NCBI GenBank assembly: GCA_030141605.1
Contig: JAQGDQ010002391.1
Location: 55,685 to 119,684 of the forward strand
Direction of reading: 5' to 3'
Length of the DNA: 64,000 nt
Origin: Tubiluchus corallicola
Taxonomy: Eukaryota > Animalia > Priapulida
Position 1 is the stretch's first letter; each line of letters opens with the position of its first letter. Positions 1-10,397 of this stretch are shown piece by piece. Both the position numbers and the translations under genes were made by a program. Below the pieces are notes generated by a model. That model saw only the letters and a program-made list of their open reading frames with translations. It had not been told where the DNA came from and ran no database searches.

Positions 1-57
1 ATCTTCAAGAGCAACATATACATTGTCTTTCAAGTCTATTTGTAAGTATGGTTTCAT
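1..57 (-). CDS. uxaA: Altronate dehydratase (UxaA family), 5' end only, runs off window
   Basis: Manual translation from ATG at 57: MKPYLQIDLKDNVYVALED, matching the UxaA N-terminal SAF-domain pattern (DNV.VAL.D); divergent from a LacI regulator. Confidence 0.7.
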   Translation of the reverse strand, partial: MKPYLQIDLKDNVYVALED

Positions 58-73
58 AATTTACTATTACATT

Positions 74-120
74 TGTGTTCGCACACACTTTTGTTTTTCA
101 ATAAAATGTGTTCGCACACA
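74..120. promoter_or_regulatory. Two identical LacI-type operators TGTGTTCGCACACA (74-87, 107-120)
   Basis: Near-palindromic 14-mers with central CG, 33 bp apart, between the predicted uxaA promoter and its start codon. Confidence 0.8.
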
Positions 121-129
121 AATATATTT

Positions 130-161
130 CAAAGATAATATGAAGATGTACAAGATGCAAA
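130..161 (-). promoter_or_regulatory. Bacteroidota sigma-70 promoter for uxaA
   Basis: Minus strand TTTG (161-158), 20-nt spacer, TATCTTTG (137-130) = -33/-7 consensus. Confidence 0.7.
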
Positions 162-459
162 TAAAAAGTTGTTTTTTTGCATCCTTAAAATAATAAGGTG
201 CTATTTATCAGCGTGTTAAAAAATTGCATTTTTTTTACTTATAAATCAATATTTAGTTTTTCAAATTTCACTATCAGTAAGTTGATAATAATAATTTCTA
301 TATTTGTTTTTTTGAAATTTTTAACCACAAATAAATACATAGTTGTTGGAAGAAGGTAATGCAGTGTTTTTGATAAAAAATTAGTTCTAACAAGACATTT
401 ACCTTTGTTGGTATAACATACTTTTTCATCAACTTTTATGCTATTTTCTTTAAATATAA

Positions 460-1536
460 ATTGTTATTAATACTAAAAAGAATAACATACGAATAAAGGA
501 CATTGCTAAACTGGCAGGAACTTCTGCTGGTACAGTGGATAGGGTGCTGCACAATAGAGGTAAAGTAGATAAAAACATTCAAGAAAGAATTAAAAAAGTT
601 CTGGATGAACTAAATTTTAAACCCAATGCTTTGGCACAAGCGCTAGCTTCTTCTAAGAAAACCTATCATATTATATGTATTATTCCCAGACCTATTATTA
701 CAAATGGCTATTGGAAATCAATAAAAAAGGGAGTTGTAGAGGGGGTAGATAGTATGAAGGATTTCAATTTAAATGTTGAGATATTGCTTTATAACACAGA
801 TAATGCCAATGATTTTGAACGGGCAGGTCAGAAGGCTATTGAAAAAAACCCTAGGGGTATTTTATTAACTCCTCTTTTTAAAAAAGAGTCGCTTGCTTTT
901 TTAAAAGAATGCGAAAAATCATCTATTCCGTATAGCTTCATTGATACAAATATTAATGGTGTTAGCAATATTAGTTTTGTTGGACAAAACCCTATTCAAA
1001 GTGGAAAAACAGCTGCCAAACTTATCAACTATGGGCTTCCTGAAAATGGGAAAATTCTTGTTCTTAGTATTGCTACAAATAAAGCTATAAAACACCTCTC
1101 AGATAGAGAAATAGGATTTAAGTTGTTTTTTAATGAAAACAAACTTACTTACAACTTTATTTCTAAAAATATTAAAACCATAGAGGAAGATAAACTTCAC
1201 AAAGAATTGAATGTGGTTTTTAATAGGCATAAAGATATTTGTGCAATGTTTGTTCTTAATTCTCAAGTGTGGAGAGTTGCTAAATATTTAGAAGATAATA
1301 AGATTAATAATATTAGAGTTATAGGATACGACACAACTAAACCAAATTTAAAATACCTTAAAAAAGGTTTTATTGATTTTCTCATTTCTCAGTCCTCTAA
1401 CTATCAAGGAAAAAAAGCCTTACGTACAATGGTAGATTATATAATTTTGAAAAAAGAAGTAAAAAAGATTTATTATACTCCTATTGATGTTATTTTAAAA
1501 GAAAATGTAGACCTGTATTTAAAAAGAGAGCTATAA
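460..1536 (+). CDS. LacI-family transcriptional regulator (probable hexuronate/UxaR-like)
   Basis: ORF 535-1536 extends upstream in frame through IRIKDIAKLAGTSAGTVDRVLHNRG (LacI HTH) to a stop at 457-459; sugar-binding domain follows; start codon uncertain. Confidence 0.9.
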   Translation: MVINTKKNNIRIKDIAKLAGTSAGTVDRVLHNRGKVDKNIQERIKKVLDELNFKPNALAQALASSKKTYHIICIIPRPIITNGYWKSIKKGVVEGVDSMKDFNLNVEILLYNTDNANDFERAGQKAIEKNPRGILLTPLFKKESLAFLKECEKSSIPYSFIDTNINGVSNISFVGQNPIQSGKTAAKLINYGLPENGKILVLSIATNKAIKHLSDREIGFKLFFNENKLTYNFISKNIKTIEEDKLHKELNVVFNRHKDICAMFVLNSQVWRVAKYLEDNKINNIRVIGYDTTKPNLKYLKKGFIDFLISQSSNYQGKKALRTMVDYIILKKEVKKIYYTPIDVILKENVDLYLKREL

Positions 1537-1684
1537 ACCTTGACAATAAAATAATACTTTATTAAAAAAACACATTAATCTCTTGTTATAGTTTTATTGA
1601 AAGGTATAATTGCAGATAAGTATTTTTTATTGTGTCTCCAACTTACTTTCCTTTATTATAAAAATTCCTATTAGTTATGGGATA

Positions 1685-1714
1685 AAGTCAAATAAATTTT
1701 CATTTATTTGACTT
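1685..1714. terminator. Hairpin between convergent lacI-family gene and susD
   Basis: aagtcaaataaat-tttc-atttatttgactt perfect 13-bp stem. Confidence 0.6.
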
Positions 1715-1747
1715 ACTGAAAAGAACATAGACAATATTCTTTCCCAT

Positions 1748-3421
1748 TTATTTATAACCAGAATGTTGCTCTAAATAACCTTGGCTTAAATCAATTTCAT
1801 TTTGAGGGATAGGTATATACTCGTGTTTCCCTTTTGTAAAGGAAGCACCATTAAGGTAACTTCTAACATCTTTTTCTTGGTCGAAATAAGCATTCATAAC
1901 CTCTTCAGCTATCTTCCAACGCACAAGGTCGAAAAAGCGATGTCCTTCCATTGCAAATTCTAAACGACGTTCCCTTCGAAGTGCTTTTATAGCAGCCTCC
2001 TTATCTGCAAAAACTCCATAGGGTTCAATAGCGTAGTTAGCAGCATCTTTTCCATCTTTTGCCTTTACAGTAGTGGAATTTTGAGTTCTCTCGCGTATTT
2101 CATTGATAAGCAATCTTCCGCCTTCCAAATCATTAGTCTCTATCAAAGCCTCTGCCTTCCAAAGCAATACATCGGCATAGCGAATAATATAGTAATTCAA
2201 CGCACTTACGTGGGGCCATATAGGTAAATTGTGAGCCGATTTCCTAGACACTATCCTTTTTTTAGGACCATAAGGGCCATATGTAGTTGCCTCACGTGCC
2301 CAACTTTCTTGATAAAGAGTATCCATATCCTTATACATTATACCGGGACGTCCCAAAGTATGGTCTATGCGAGGGTCTAAATTACCTCCATAATCACTAT
2401 CCATAACCTCCGTTTGGTATTCATCTATTGGAAACCCATCCCCATCTGTCTTAAAAGCACATAGTAAATTTTGAGAAGGACGGTGAAAGCCAATCTTAGG
2501 GTAAGGACCTCCTGGACCTGAGAGTCTGTCACCTACAGAACCATTGTTATTGCTTGGAGCACCATCTTGTATAGAATGTTGCACTGCAAAAACAGATTCT
2601 TTACTATTATTATGCTCAGGCATATATATATGTTCAAATTCTTCTAAAAGCCCATACTCTCCACTATTTATAACCAAATCAGCATATTCACTAGCCTTAT
2701 CCCACTCTTCTCTATAAATAGCAAGTTTGCAAATATAGGCATTAGCAGCACCCTTAGTAGCCCTACCTGCATCGCTTAAATCGGAAATAGACTCTAAGCT
2801 ATCTGCTGCATGTTGAAAATCTTCCTCTATTTTATCCCAAACTTTATCAGGCGTAAACTCTGTATTTGACACTTTCGTAAGTTCCTCCAAGGTTGCTCTC
2901 TTTTCATCTACATAAGGTACTTGATAATAAATCTTCCTCAATTCAAAATGATAATGCCCGCGTAAGAAACGTAACTCTCCTATACGTTGTTTTTTTTCAT
3001 CCTTTGAAAAATCAGTAGAGGCTTCTAAATAGCGTAACGCTTCATTGGTGCGATAAATTCCATTCATTAAGGCTTTCCATTTTCTATTAACATCCAAAAG
3101 AACTGAGGTAATAGCAAATATTTCTAAATTATGTACATCTGCCTGATCGCCAACTCCGCCCCCACCCTTATAACAGTCGTCTGACATTACATCTCCAAAT
3201 GACCAATTAGAAGCAGGAGAATTAAAAGCATCTGCACCTTCATCTATCTGACCATTCAAAGCACTGTAAGCACCAATAATAAGCCCTTCTATTTGGTTTT
3301 TTCCCAACATATTATCAGGAAGTAATTCACCTTGTGGTGCAAGGTCTAAAAAACTTTTACGACATCCTATTAACACCCCTATAAATATTAATAATAAAAT
3401 TAGGTATTTAAATTTTTTCAT
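1748..3421 (-). CDS. susD: RagB/SusD family outer-membrane nutrient-binding lipoprotein
   Basis: Lipobox LIGC; GELRFLRGHYHFEL, IRYADVLLWKAEA, ERRLEFAMEGHRFFDLVRW, PIPQNEID motifs. Confidence 0.95.
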   Translation of the reverse strand: MKKFKYLILLLIFIGVLIGCRKSFLDLAPQGELLPDNMLGKNQIEGLIIGAYSALNGQIDEGADAFNSPASNWSFGDVMSDDCYKGGGGVGDQADVHNLEIFAITSVLLDVNRKWKALMNGIYRTNEALRYLEASTDFSKDEKKQRIGELRFLRGHYHFELRKIYYQVPYVDEKRATLEELTKVSNTEFTPDKVWDKIEEDFQHAADSLESISDLSDAGRATKGAANAYICKLAIYREEWDKASEYADLVINSGEYGLLEEFEHIYMPEHNNSKESVFAVQHSIQDGAPSNNNGSVGDRLSGPGGPYPKIGFHRPSQNLLCAFKTDGDGFPIDEYQTEVMDSDYGGNLDPRIDHTLGRPGIMYKDMDTLYQESWAREATTYGPYGPKKRIVSRKSAHNLPIWPHVSALNYYIIRYADVLLWKAEALIETNDLEGGRLLINEIRERTQNSTTVKAKDGKDAANYAIEPYGVFADKEAAIKALRRERRLEFAMEGHRFFDLVRWKIAEEVMNAYFDQEKDVRSYLNGASFTKGKHEYIPIPQNEIDLSQGYLEQHSGYK

Positions 3422-3452
3422 TTTAGTTCATATTTTTTTAATTGTATTTTTT

Positions 3453-6400
3453 CTATAAATTTACGTTTATCCCTAATAAATAGGTAGTAGCTGCTGGATA
3501 ATTACTCCTATCTACCCCAATATCTAAATTATCGTTATATCCTCCTATTTCTGGATCCATACCCTCATACTTTGTAATAGTAAATAAGTTATGTATTTGA
3601 GCGTAAACTCTCGCACCTTTTAGCCCTATATTTCGTGAAAAATTTTTAGGAATCTTATATCCTATTTCTATTGTTTTTAACCTCAAATAAGAACCATCTT
3701 CAATAAAATAGGAAGATGGTGCTAATTCATTATTTGTATTTTTTGTAGAAACAGCTGGCACATAAGCACCTGTGTTTTCAGGTGTCCAAGCATCTAAAAC
3801 CCTACTATGTTTATTAAACGGATTAGCAAAAAAATCTGTTTCATAACGTGTAAAATTATAAATATCATTTCCTTGCACACCATAAAAAAACATTTGAAAA
3901 TCCCAATTTTTATATCCTGCACTTACTGTAATTCCATAAGTAAAATCTGGAATAGGACTACCTATAAACGTGCGATCATCTGCATTTATTTCACCATCGC
4001 CATTGACATCTTTATACTTTAACCGTCCCACTTCCGCACCTTCTTGCGTTGCGTGTTCGTCTATTTCTTCTTGGCTCGAAAAAATACCTTCTACCACATA
4101 TCCATAAAAAGAGGAAATTGGCTGCCCTACTGCTGTTCTCGTTAGTTCAAAGCCACGAGTCAAATAATTACTAACAGGGCCAGGTATATAATCTATACCT
4201 TCTTCTAAACGCACCAATTCATTACTTAAAAAAGTCATATTATAATCTACCGACAAACGAAAATCATCCGTAATTTGCTTATTATAGCTTAAAACAAACT
4301 CAAAACCTTTGTTAGACATATCACCAGCATTAATGTAAGGAGCCATTACTGCTCCTGCAGACGCAGGAATGCCTTGTTGAACTAATAAATCCTTTGTCTT
4401 TTTATCATACCAATCCAAAGTCAAAATATAAGTTCCCTTAAAGAGACTCATATCCAACCCCACATTTATCTGCTCTGTTGTTTCCCATTTCAAATTAGTA
4501 TTTCCATAACTTTGTAATGCATAGCCAGTTTCTACACTAGAATTTGAACCATAAATATCATAATTCGTATTATACAAATTAAAACCATATGTAGAGTAAT
4601 AGGCATAATTATCTATTTCTTGATTACCGGTTTGCCCCCAACCTGCACGTAGCTTTAAATTACTTAAAAAGCTAAAATTATCCATAAAATTTTCTTCTGA
4701 CACTCTCCAAGCTCCAGAAAATGCAGGAAAAATACCTGAGTTATTTTCAGGGCCTAATTTTGAAGAAGCATCATTACGAACTGTAACACCCAAAAGATAC
4801 TTGTCCTTTAAAATATAATCAAGGCGAGAAAACTGCGAATACAAACGAGATTTGTAAGCAAACCCTGTATTCTGCTGCTCTCCTTCACCTGCATCCAAGT
4901 ATTGATAATTAGGATCATCTATAGCAAATCCATAACGAAAACCCGTAAGTTCCTCATAGTAGTTTTCTATCGCTTCTATACCTAATAAAACTTTAAAATT
5001 ATGGTCGCCTATATGAAGATTGTAATTCAAGGTATTAGACCACGTCCAACTATAAGATAAGGAATTTACCACCGTCAGCGAACTTTCTTCCCTCTGTGTA
5101 ATACCCTCTTGAAAAGAAGGTAGGAACTCACTATAACGATAATCCTCTCTATATCCACCTAAATTAGTCTTAAAATGCAAATTATCCAATATCTTTAAAT
5201 CTAAATACATATTGCCTAATATCTGCAATTTTTTCTTCACATTATCCTTTCCCCTATACAGAGTTCCAATAGGATTCTGCATATCTCCCAGACCATCTTC
5301 GGGACCTGCAAAATTTCCATTAACATCATAAACAGGAATAATAGAAGGCATCTTGTATAAATCTCCTATAATCCCACCTATTGCTTCATTTCTCACATCT
5401 CCTACTCTATTTGAAGAAGACAATGTTAAATTTTCCCCTACTGTTATTCTATCATTAAAGAAATCGTAAGAATTATTTAAACGAACGTTAAAACGATCGT
5501 ATGAAGTATATTTTAAAATTCCTTCTTCATTATAATAAGATAGCCCTAAAAGACTGCGGCTATTTTTACTACCCTTACTAATTGTTAAATCATAGTTCTG
5601 CAAAAAAGCAGGGTTGAAAGCCTCATCGAACCAATCCGTATTAGCAGAAGGCGTTGTCTCCTGCGCATTTAAAAACGGTGGTATTGATGGAGTAGGCCCA
5701 CTACCATAAATCGGATGACTTTGCTCCATTCCATCATTACTATAAGCCTGCCATAGTACTTGACCATATTCTTCTGCCGAAAGCATATTTGGTAAATTAA
5801 CAGGAGTCTTGACAGCTGAATAAACATTTAATGTCATACTTACTTTATCTTCCTCACCTTTTGCTTGTTTTGTAGTAATTATAACTACTCCATTGGCTGC
5901 ACGAGAGCCATAAATAGATGCAGAAGAAGCATCCTTTAACACTTGAATACTTTCAATTTCGGAAGGCACAACTACATCGTTGATAGAAGCAACAGGAATA
6001 CCATCTACAATATACAAGGGGTCATTGTTACCTATTGTGCTAAAACCTCGTATTCTAATATTTGTATTACCACCTGGATCTCCTGAGCTAGATATTGTTA
6101 TACCAGCCATTTTTCCTTGTATCGCTTGTTCCACAGAAGGAGTAGCTTGTCCTCTAACCTCATCAACATTCACAGTAGATACTGCTCCTGTTAAATCTTG
6201 TTTTCGTTGCGTAGTATAACCCGTAACAACCACATCTTCTAAACCTACTGCGTCATTTTGCATTACAATATTTATAATAGCTCTTCCTCCCACCACAAAT
6301 TCTTGCTGCTTATACCCAATAAAAGAAACTTGCACCACATCTCCCTCATCCACCTGTAAAGAATAGTTGCCATCTATATCTGTAACTGTTCCTTTAGCTG

Positions 6401-6575
6401 TTCCTTTCACCACAATATTTACTCCAATGAGGGTTTCTTCTTCAGAATCTGTAACTGTTCCCTGCAACAATTTAGCCTGTGCAAATGTAATCGTAATGCA
6501 ACTCATTAGCACCACCAGCAATGCAAATAAAAAATATTTACATCTTAAAACATTTATAAAAACTGTTTTATTCAT
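3453..6575 (-). CDS. susC: SusC/RagA family TonB-dependent outer-membrane transporter
   Basis: CarboxypepD-like N-domain, plug motif IESIQVLKDASSASIYGSRAANGVVIITTK, LKWETT, EDGSYLRLK, C-terminal beta-strand. Confidence 0.96.
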   Translation of the reverse strand: MNKTVFINVLRCKYFLFALLVVLMSCITITFAQAKLLQGTVTDSEEETLIGVNIVVKGTAKGTVTDIDGNYSLQVDEGDVVQVSFIGYKQQEFVVGGRAIINIVMQNDAVGLEDVVVTGYTTQRKQDLTGAVSTVNVDEVRGQATPSVEQAIQGKMAGITISSSGDPGGNTNIRIRGFSTIGNNDPLYIVDGIPVASINDVVVPSEIESIQVLKDASSASIYGSRAANGVVIITTKQAKGEEDKVSMTLNVYSAVKTPVNLPNMLSAEEYGQVLWQAYSNDGMEQSHPIYGSGPTPSIPPFLNAQETTPSANTDWFDEAFNPAFLQNYDLTISKGSKNSRSLLGLSYYNEEGILKYTSYDRFNVRLNNSYDFFNDRITVGENLTLSSSNRVGDVRNEAIGGIIGDLYKMPSIIPVYDVNGNFAGPEDGLGDMQNPIGTLYRGKDNVKKKLQILGNMYLDLKILDNLHFKTNLGGYREDYRYSEFLPSFQEGITQREESSLTVVNSLSYSWTWSNTLNYNLHIGDHNFKVLLGIEAIENYYEELTGFRYGFAIDDPNYQYLDAGEGEQQNTGFAYKSRLYSQFSRLDYILKDKYLLGVTVRNDASSKLGPENNSGIFPAFSGAWRVSEENFMDNFSFLSNLKLRAGWGQTGNQEIDNYAYYSTYGFNLYNTNYDIYGSNSSVETGYALQSYGNTNLKWETTEQINVGLDMSLFKGTYILTLDWYDKKTKDLLVQQGIPASAGAVMAPYINAGDMSNKGFEFVLSYNKQITDDFRLSVDYNMTFLSNELVRLEEGIDYIPGPVSNYLTRGFELTRTAVGQPISSFYGYVVEGIFSSQEEIDEHATQEGAEVGRLKYKDVNGDGEINADDRTFIGSPIPDFTYGITVSAGYKNWDFQMFFYGVQGNDIYNFTRYETDFFANPFNKHSRVLDAWTPENTGAYVPAVSTKNTNNELAPSSYFIEDGSYLRLKTIEIGYKIPKNFSRNIGLKGARVYAQIHNLFTITKYEGMDPEIGGYNDNLDIGVDRSNYPAATTYLLGINVNL

Positions 6576-6595
6576 CTTTTAAAGTTTTAGATTTA

Positions 6596-6815
6596 CTAAT
6601 TATAACACGTATTTTGAACAATCACACCACCAGCTTCATTTTATTTCTGAGAAATAGATAAAAGTTCATACTTTCCTCATAGTAAAACCTTTATATCCCT
6701 GAACATTGGAAGCATCTCTCCACCTTATTAAGTCAAAAAAGTGAATACTCCCAAGTTCTATTCTACTTTTCTTTCTCTTTTAATATTTTCAAATGTTTCT
6801 TCATCTATTTTTTTT
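6596..6815 (-). pseudogene. Decayed 3' remnant of a second SusD gene
   Basis: Broken minus-strand frames read ETFENIKRERKVE* / HFFDLIRWRDASNVQGYKGFT / KYELLSISQK*NEAGGVIVQNTCYN*, matching the SusD C-terminal motif order. Confidence 0.8.
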
Positions 6816-6990
6816 AATGCTTTCTATCCAAAAACTTTTTACCACAAAATACCGTACTTAGAAACAAAAAACCTTCACATATTTTTTATGTTGTTTTTCA
6901 TCTTTCAACTATATTTACTGGCTTACAATTGGCAAAATCCCGTATATCTACTTACAAAAAAAGCATATCAAATATTTACTTTTTTTTTTA

Positions 6991-7030
6991 TAAATATAAC
7001 TTTTTTTGTATAAATATAACTTTTTTTGTA
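6991..7030. repeat. 20-bp tandem duplication taaatataactttttttgta x2
   Basis: Directly visible. Confidence 0.8.
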
Positions 7031-7253
7031 AATAATAAAAATTAGAAAACACTAAAAAGTTGGAAACTTTACGTTTGTTGAGAAAATAGATTAAGCATAA
7101 GATGCATCGTTATACAATTATGTAGACATTGAAAATAGATGCTCTCAAAGATTTAGAAAATGCGAATAAATTACTCAAAGAAAATAAGCTTTAAGTAGTT
7201 TAAATATTTCTTGCTACAACACATTATATAGTTTGCAAATCAGCAGATCTCAT

Positions 7254-7967
7254 TTATTGTAAACATTTCAAATATTTTTTTATAGTAGTTTCAAGACCAT
7301 AGTAAAGAGCATCAGAAATAAGTGCGTGCCCAATAGAAACCTCTACTATTTCAGGTATATTTTGGCTAAAATAAGCGAGGTTTTCTAAACTAAGGTCGTG
7401 TCCTGCATTTACTTGCAAATCTAGTGATATAGCATGATGTGTCGCATTTTGGAAGGGAATTATAGCTTGCTCTTTATCTTTGGTATAATTGATAGCATAA
7501 GGTTCAGTGTAAAGTTCTACTCTGTCCGTTCCTGTTTCTTTTGCTCCATCTATGTTTTTAAGGTTAGTATCTACAAATAAAGAAGTTCTTATGCCTGCAT
7601 CTTGGAATTCTTTTACAATATCTATAAGATAATTCTTATGTTTCTGTGTATCCCATCCTGCATTAGAGGTAAGGGCATCTGGGGGGTCCGGAACAAGGGT
7701 TACTTGTGTGGGATGTATTTTTTTGACAAGTTGTATAAATTTCTTTGAAGGATAACCTTCTACATTAAATTCTGTGGTAACAATAGGTCTAATATCTATA
7801 GCATCTTGATAGCGTATGTGCCTTTCATCAGGTCTTGGATGTATAGTAATGCCCTCTGCTCCAAACTTTTGACAGTCTTTGGCTGTCTGTAATAAATTAG
7901 GCACATTGCCTCCTCGCGCATTGCGTATGGTGGCTATTTTATTAATATTTACACTTAGTTGTGTCAT
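7254..7967 (-). CDS. pdxJ: Pyridoxine 5'-phosphate synthase
   Basis: [46 protein letters not shown]. Confidence 0.97.
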   Translation of the reverse strand: MTQLSVNINKIATIRNARGGNVPNLLQTAKDCQKFGAEGITIHPRPDERHIRYQDAIDIRPIVTTEFNVEGYPSKKFIQLVKKIHPTQVTLVPDPPDALTSNAGWDTQKHKNYLIDIVKEFQDAGIRTSLFVDTNLKNIDGAKETGTDRVELYTEPYAINYTKDKEQAIIPFQNATHHAISLDLQVNAGHDLSLENLAYFSQNIPEIVEVSIGHALISDALYYGLETTIKKYLKCLQ

Positions 7968-8023
7968 TTTTTTTTTATCTAAAAGGATTTATCTTTACAA
8001 AAAAAATAAAAAAACTAATAACT

Positions 8024-8686
8024 ATGTTAGTAAAAGAGATTGTTTCTAATAACATTCCTACTATTTCTAAATCTAAGATAAATGGAAGTATTTTATCTAT
8101 AATGAAGGAATTTAATGTACTGCACTTGCCAATTGTAAATGATAAAAATTATATTGGCTTGATTTCAAAAGATGATGTTAATGATCTTATAAACGAAAAG
8201 CAACCTCGCCAACTTTCTTTAATGTCACCTTTCATCTTTGAGGAACAACATATTTATGAAGCTTTCTTACTTATCTCTAAATTAAAATTATCTGTTTTAC
8301 CTGTATTAAATAAAAAGAAGAAATATGTAGGAGCTATTACTATTCCAAAACTGATGAATACTTTTTCACAATCTTTAGCAATAAAAGATCCTGGTGCTGT
8401 TATTATTTTGGAAGTAAATGAAATTGATTATTCTCTTGCCCAAATTGCTCAAATAGTAGAAAGTAACAAGGCTAAGATACTAAGTCTTAACACCTTACAG
8501 TTAAGAGATAGTAAAATGATGGAAATAGTTATAAAAGTAAGCGTAATAGACCCCTCCTCTATTATTCTTACTTTCCAACGTTATGATTATTTTGTAAAAT
8601 CTTTGCATACAGAGGAAAAGAATAATATATTAAAAGATCTGTATGCTGATAGATTTGAGAGTTTTATGAGATATATTAATATTTAA
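8024..8686 (+). CDS. CBS domain-containing protein (CBS pair plus ACT-like C-terminus)
   Basis: HLPIVNDKNYIGLIS and VLPVLNKKKKYVGAIT CBS motifs; DYSLAQIAQIVESNKAKIL; ATG 8024 preferred over 7961. Confidence 0.85.
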   Translation: MLVKEIVSNNIPTISKSKINGSILSIMKEFNVLHLPIVNDKNYIGLISKDDVNDLINEKQPRQLSLMSPFIFEEQHIYEAFLLISKLKLSVLPVLNKKKKYVGAITIPKLMNTFSQSLAIKDPGAVIILEVNEIDYSLAQIAQIVESNKAKILSLNTLQLRDSKMMEIVIKVSVIDPSSIILTFQRYDYFVKSLHTEEKNNILKDLYADRFESFMRYINI

Positions 8687-8693
8687 TTCTTTC

Positions 8694-10283
8694 TTAACAG
8701 TTAAATAATACGCGGTCAGCCTTTTCTATATGTGATTTATAGTTTTCTGGCACTGTTTTTTCATTCAATAAGCACCCTCCTTCTATATAAGGATATATTT
8801 CGTTGTATCGTCTAGTTTGCGTCATAGATACTCTTCTGTTAATAAAAGATCGGTTAAGTTGACTTATGTTTTCTAAACCTGCAGCTCTAAGTAGGTTAGC
8901 CAAACTGTCAAGTGTTTTATTGTGGTAATTGGCTACCCTTACTTTTTTATCCTCAACGCTTAACCCATTGTACAAATATTTTTTTTGTGTAGCAATACCC
9001 GTAGGGCATCTATTTCTGTTACATTCCAAGGCTTGTATACAACCAAGAGCCATCATCATCCCTCTAGCAGAATTACACATATCTGCTCCAAGGGCAAAAG
9101 CTCTTGCAATATGAAAACTAGTAGTTATCTTTCCAGAAGCAATAAGTTTAATGTCTTTTTTTAAATTGTAACCTACAAGGGTATTGTAAGCAAATGCCAA
9201 TCCATCTCTTAGCGGCATTCCAAGAGAATTAGAGAATTCTACAGGTGCTGCTCCTGTTCCTCCCTCTCCTCCATCTATGGTTATGAAGTCAGGAATTATT
9301 TCAGTTTGCAACATAGCCTTGCATAAGGCGATAAACTCGCTTCGTCTTCCTATACATACTTTAAAACCTATAGGTTTACCACCAGAGAGATTTCGTAGTT
9401 TTTTGATAAAGTACATTAATTCTATGGGATTTTTGAAGGCTGTGTGAAAAGGGGGAGATGCTATTGTAGTATGGGGCTTTACCCCTCTTATTTGTGCAAT
9501 TTCCACAGTGTTTTTTCGAGAAGGAAGCAAGCCTCCGTGCCCGGGTTTTGCTCCCTGCGAGAGTTTAATCTCCACCATTTTCACATTGGCTATGTTAGCT
9601 TTTTCTTTGAATAGTTCTTCTGAAAATTTTCCATCTTTGGTTCTACATCCAAAATAAGCTGTTCCTATCTGCCAAATTAAGTCGCCCCCGTGTTTCAGAT
9701 GGTAAGGACTTATTCCTCCTTCTCCTGTGTTGTGTGCAAAGTTGCCAAGTTTTGCACCTGCATTGAGGGCTAGTATCGCATTTTTACTAAGTGAGCCAAA
9801 ACTCATTGCAGATATATTGAAAATACTAGCACTATAAGGTTGCCTACAATACCTGCTACCTACTGTTACAGCGAGCTCTTTGGTGTAGTGATTACAGTCT
9901 GCAAATATAGAATGATTCATCCATTCGTAACCTGAACGATATACCTCTACTTGTGTTCCAAATGGACGTGTGTCATTGGCTCCTTTAGCTCTTTGGTAAA
10001 CTAAAGTACGAAATATTCTATTAAAGGGTCTGCCTTCTGTATCAGTCTCTACAAAATACTGCATTATTTCAGGTCTCAATTTTTCTAACATATAACGGAA
10101 ATTTCCTATAATAGGATAGTTGCGTCTAATGGTTTGTTTTTTTTGCAGAATATCAAGGTAGCCTAAGAAAATAAGCGAGCCAAGCAATATGTTTAACCAC
10201 AATATAGGCCCCCAAAAGATGAAACAAAGAAAGAGAAAAATAATTGCGAATATAGATGATATAATGAAATATTTTTTTGTCAT
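8694..10283 (-). CDS. FMN-binding glutamate synthase family protein
   Basis: SAMSFGSLS, NTGEGG, EIKLSQGAKPGHGG, DGGEGGTGAAP, GCIQALECNRNRCPTGIATQ. Confidence 0.93.
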   Translation of the reverse strand: MTKKYFIISSIFAIIFLFLCFIFWGPILWLNILLGSLIFLGYLDILQKKQTIRRNYPIIGNFRYMLEKLRPEIMQYFVETDTEGRPFNRIFRTLVYQRAKGANDTRPFGTQVEVYRSGYEWMNHSIFADCNHYTKELAVTVGSRYCRQPYSASIFNISAMSFGSLSKNAILALNAGAKLGNFAHNTGEGGISPYHLKHGGDLIWQIGTAYFGCRTKDGKFSEELFKEKANIANVKMVEIKLSQGAKPGHGGLLPSRKNTVEIAQIRGVKPHTTIASPPFHTAFKNPIELMYFIKKLRNLSGGKPIGFKVCIGRRSEFIALCKAMLQTEIIPDFITIDGGEGGTGAAPVEFSNSLGMPLRDGLAFAYNTLVGYNLKKDIKLIASGKITTSFHIARAFALGADMCNSARGMMMALGCIQALECNRNRCPTGIATQKKYLYNGLSVEDKKVRVANYHNKTLDSLANLLRAAGLENISQLNRSFINRRVSMTQTRRYNEIYPYIEGGCLLNEKTVPENYKSHIEKADRVLFNC

Positions 10284-10397
10284 TTACGAAATGATTTTAT
10301 TTTTAACAGGATAGTAAACAAATTTATACAAAATAACTATTAAATTTAACAAAAAAATTTCTATTTATATTTAATTTTTTAAACTTTTTTAGCTTTG

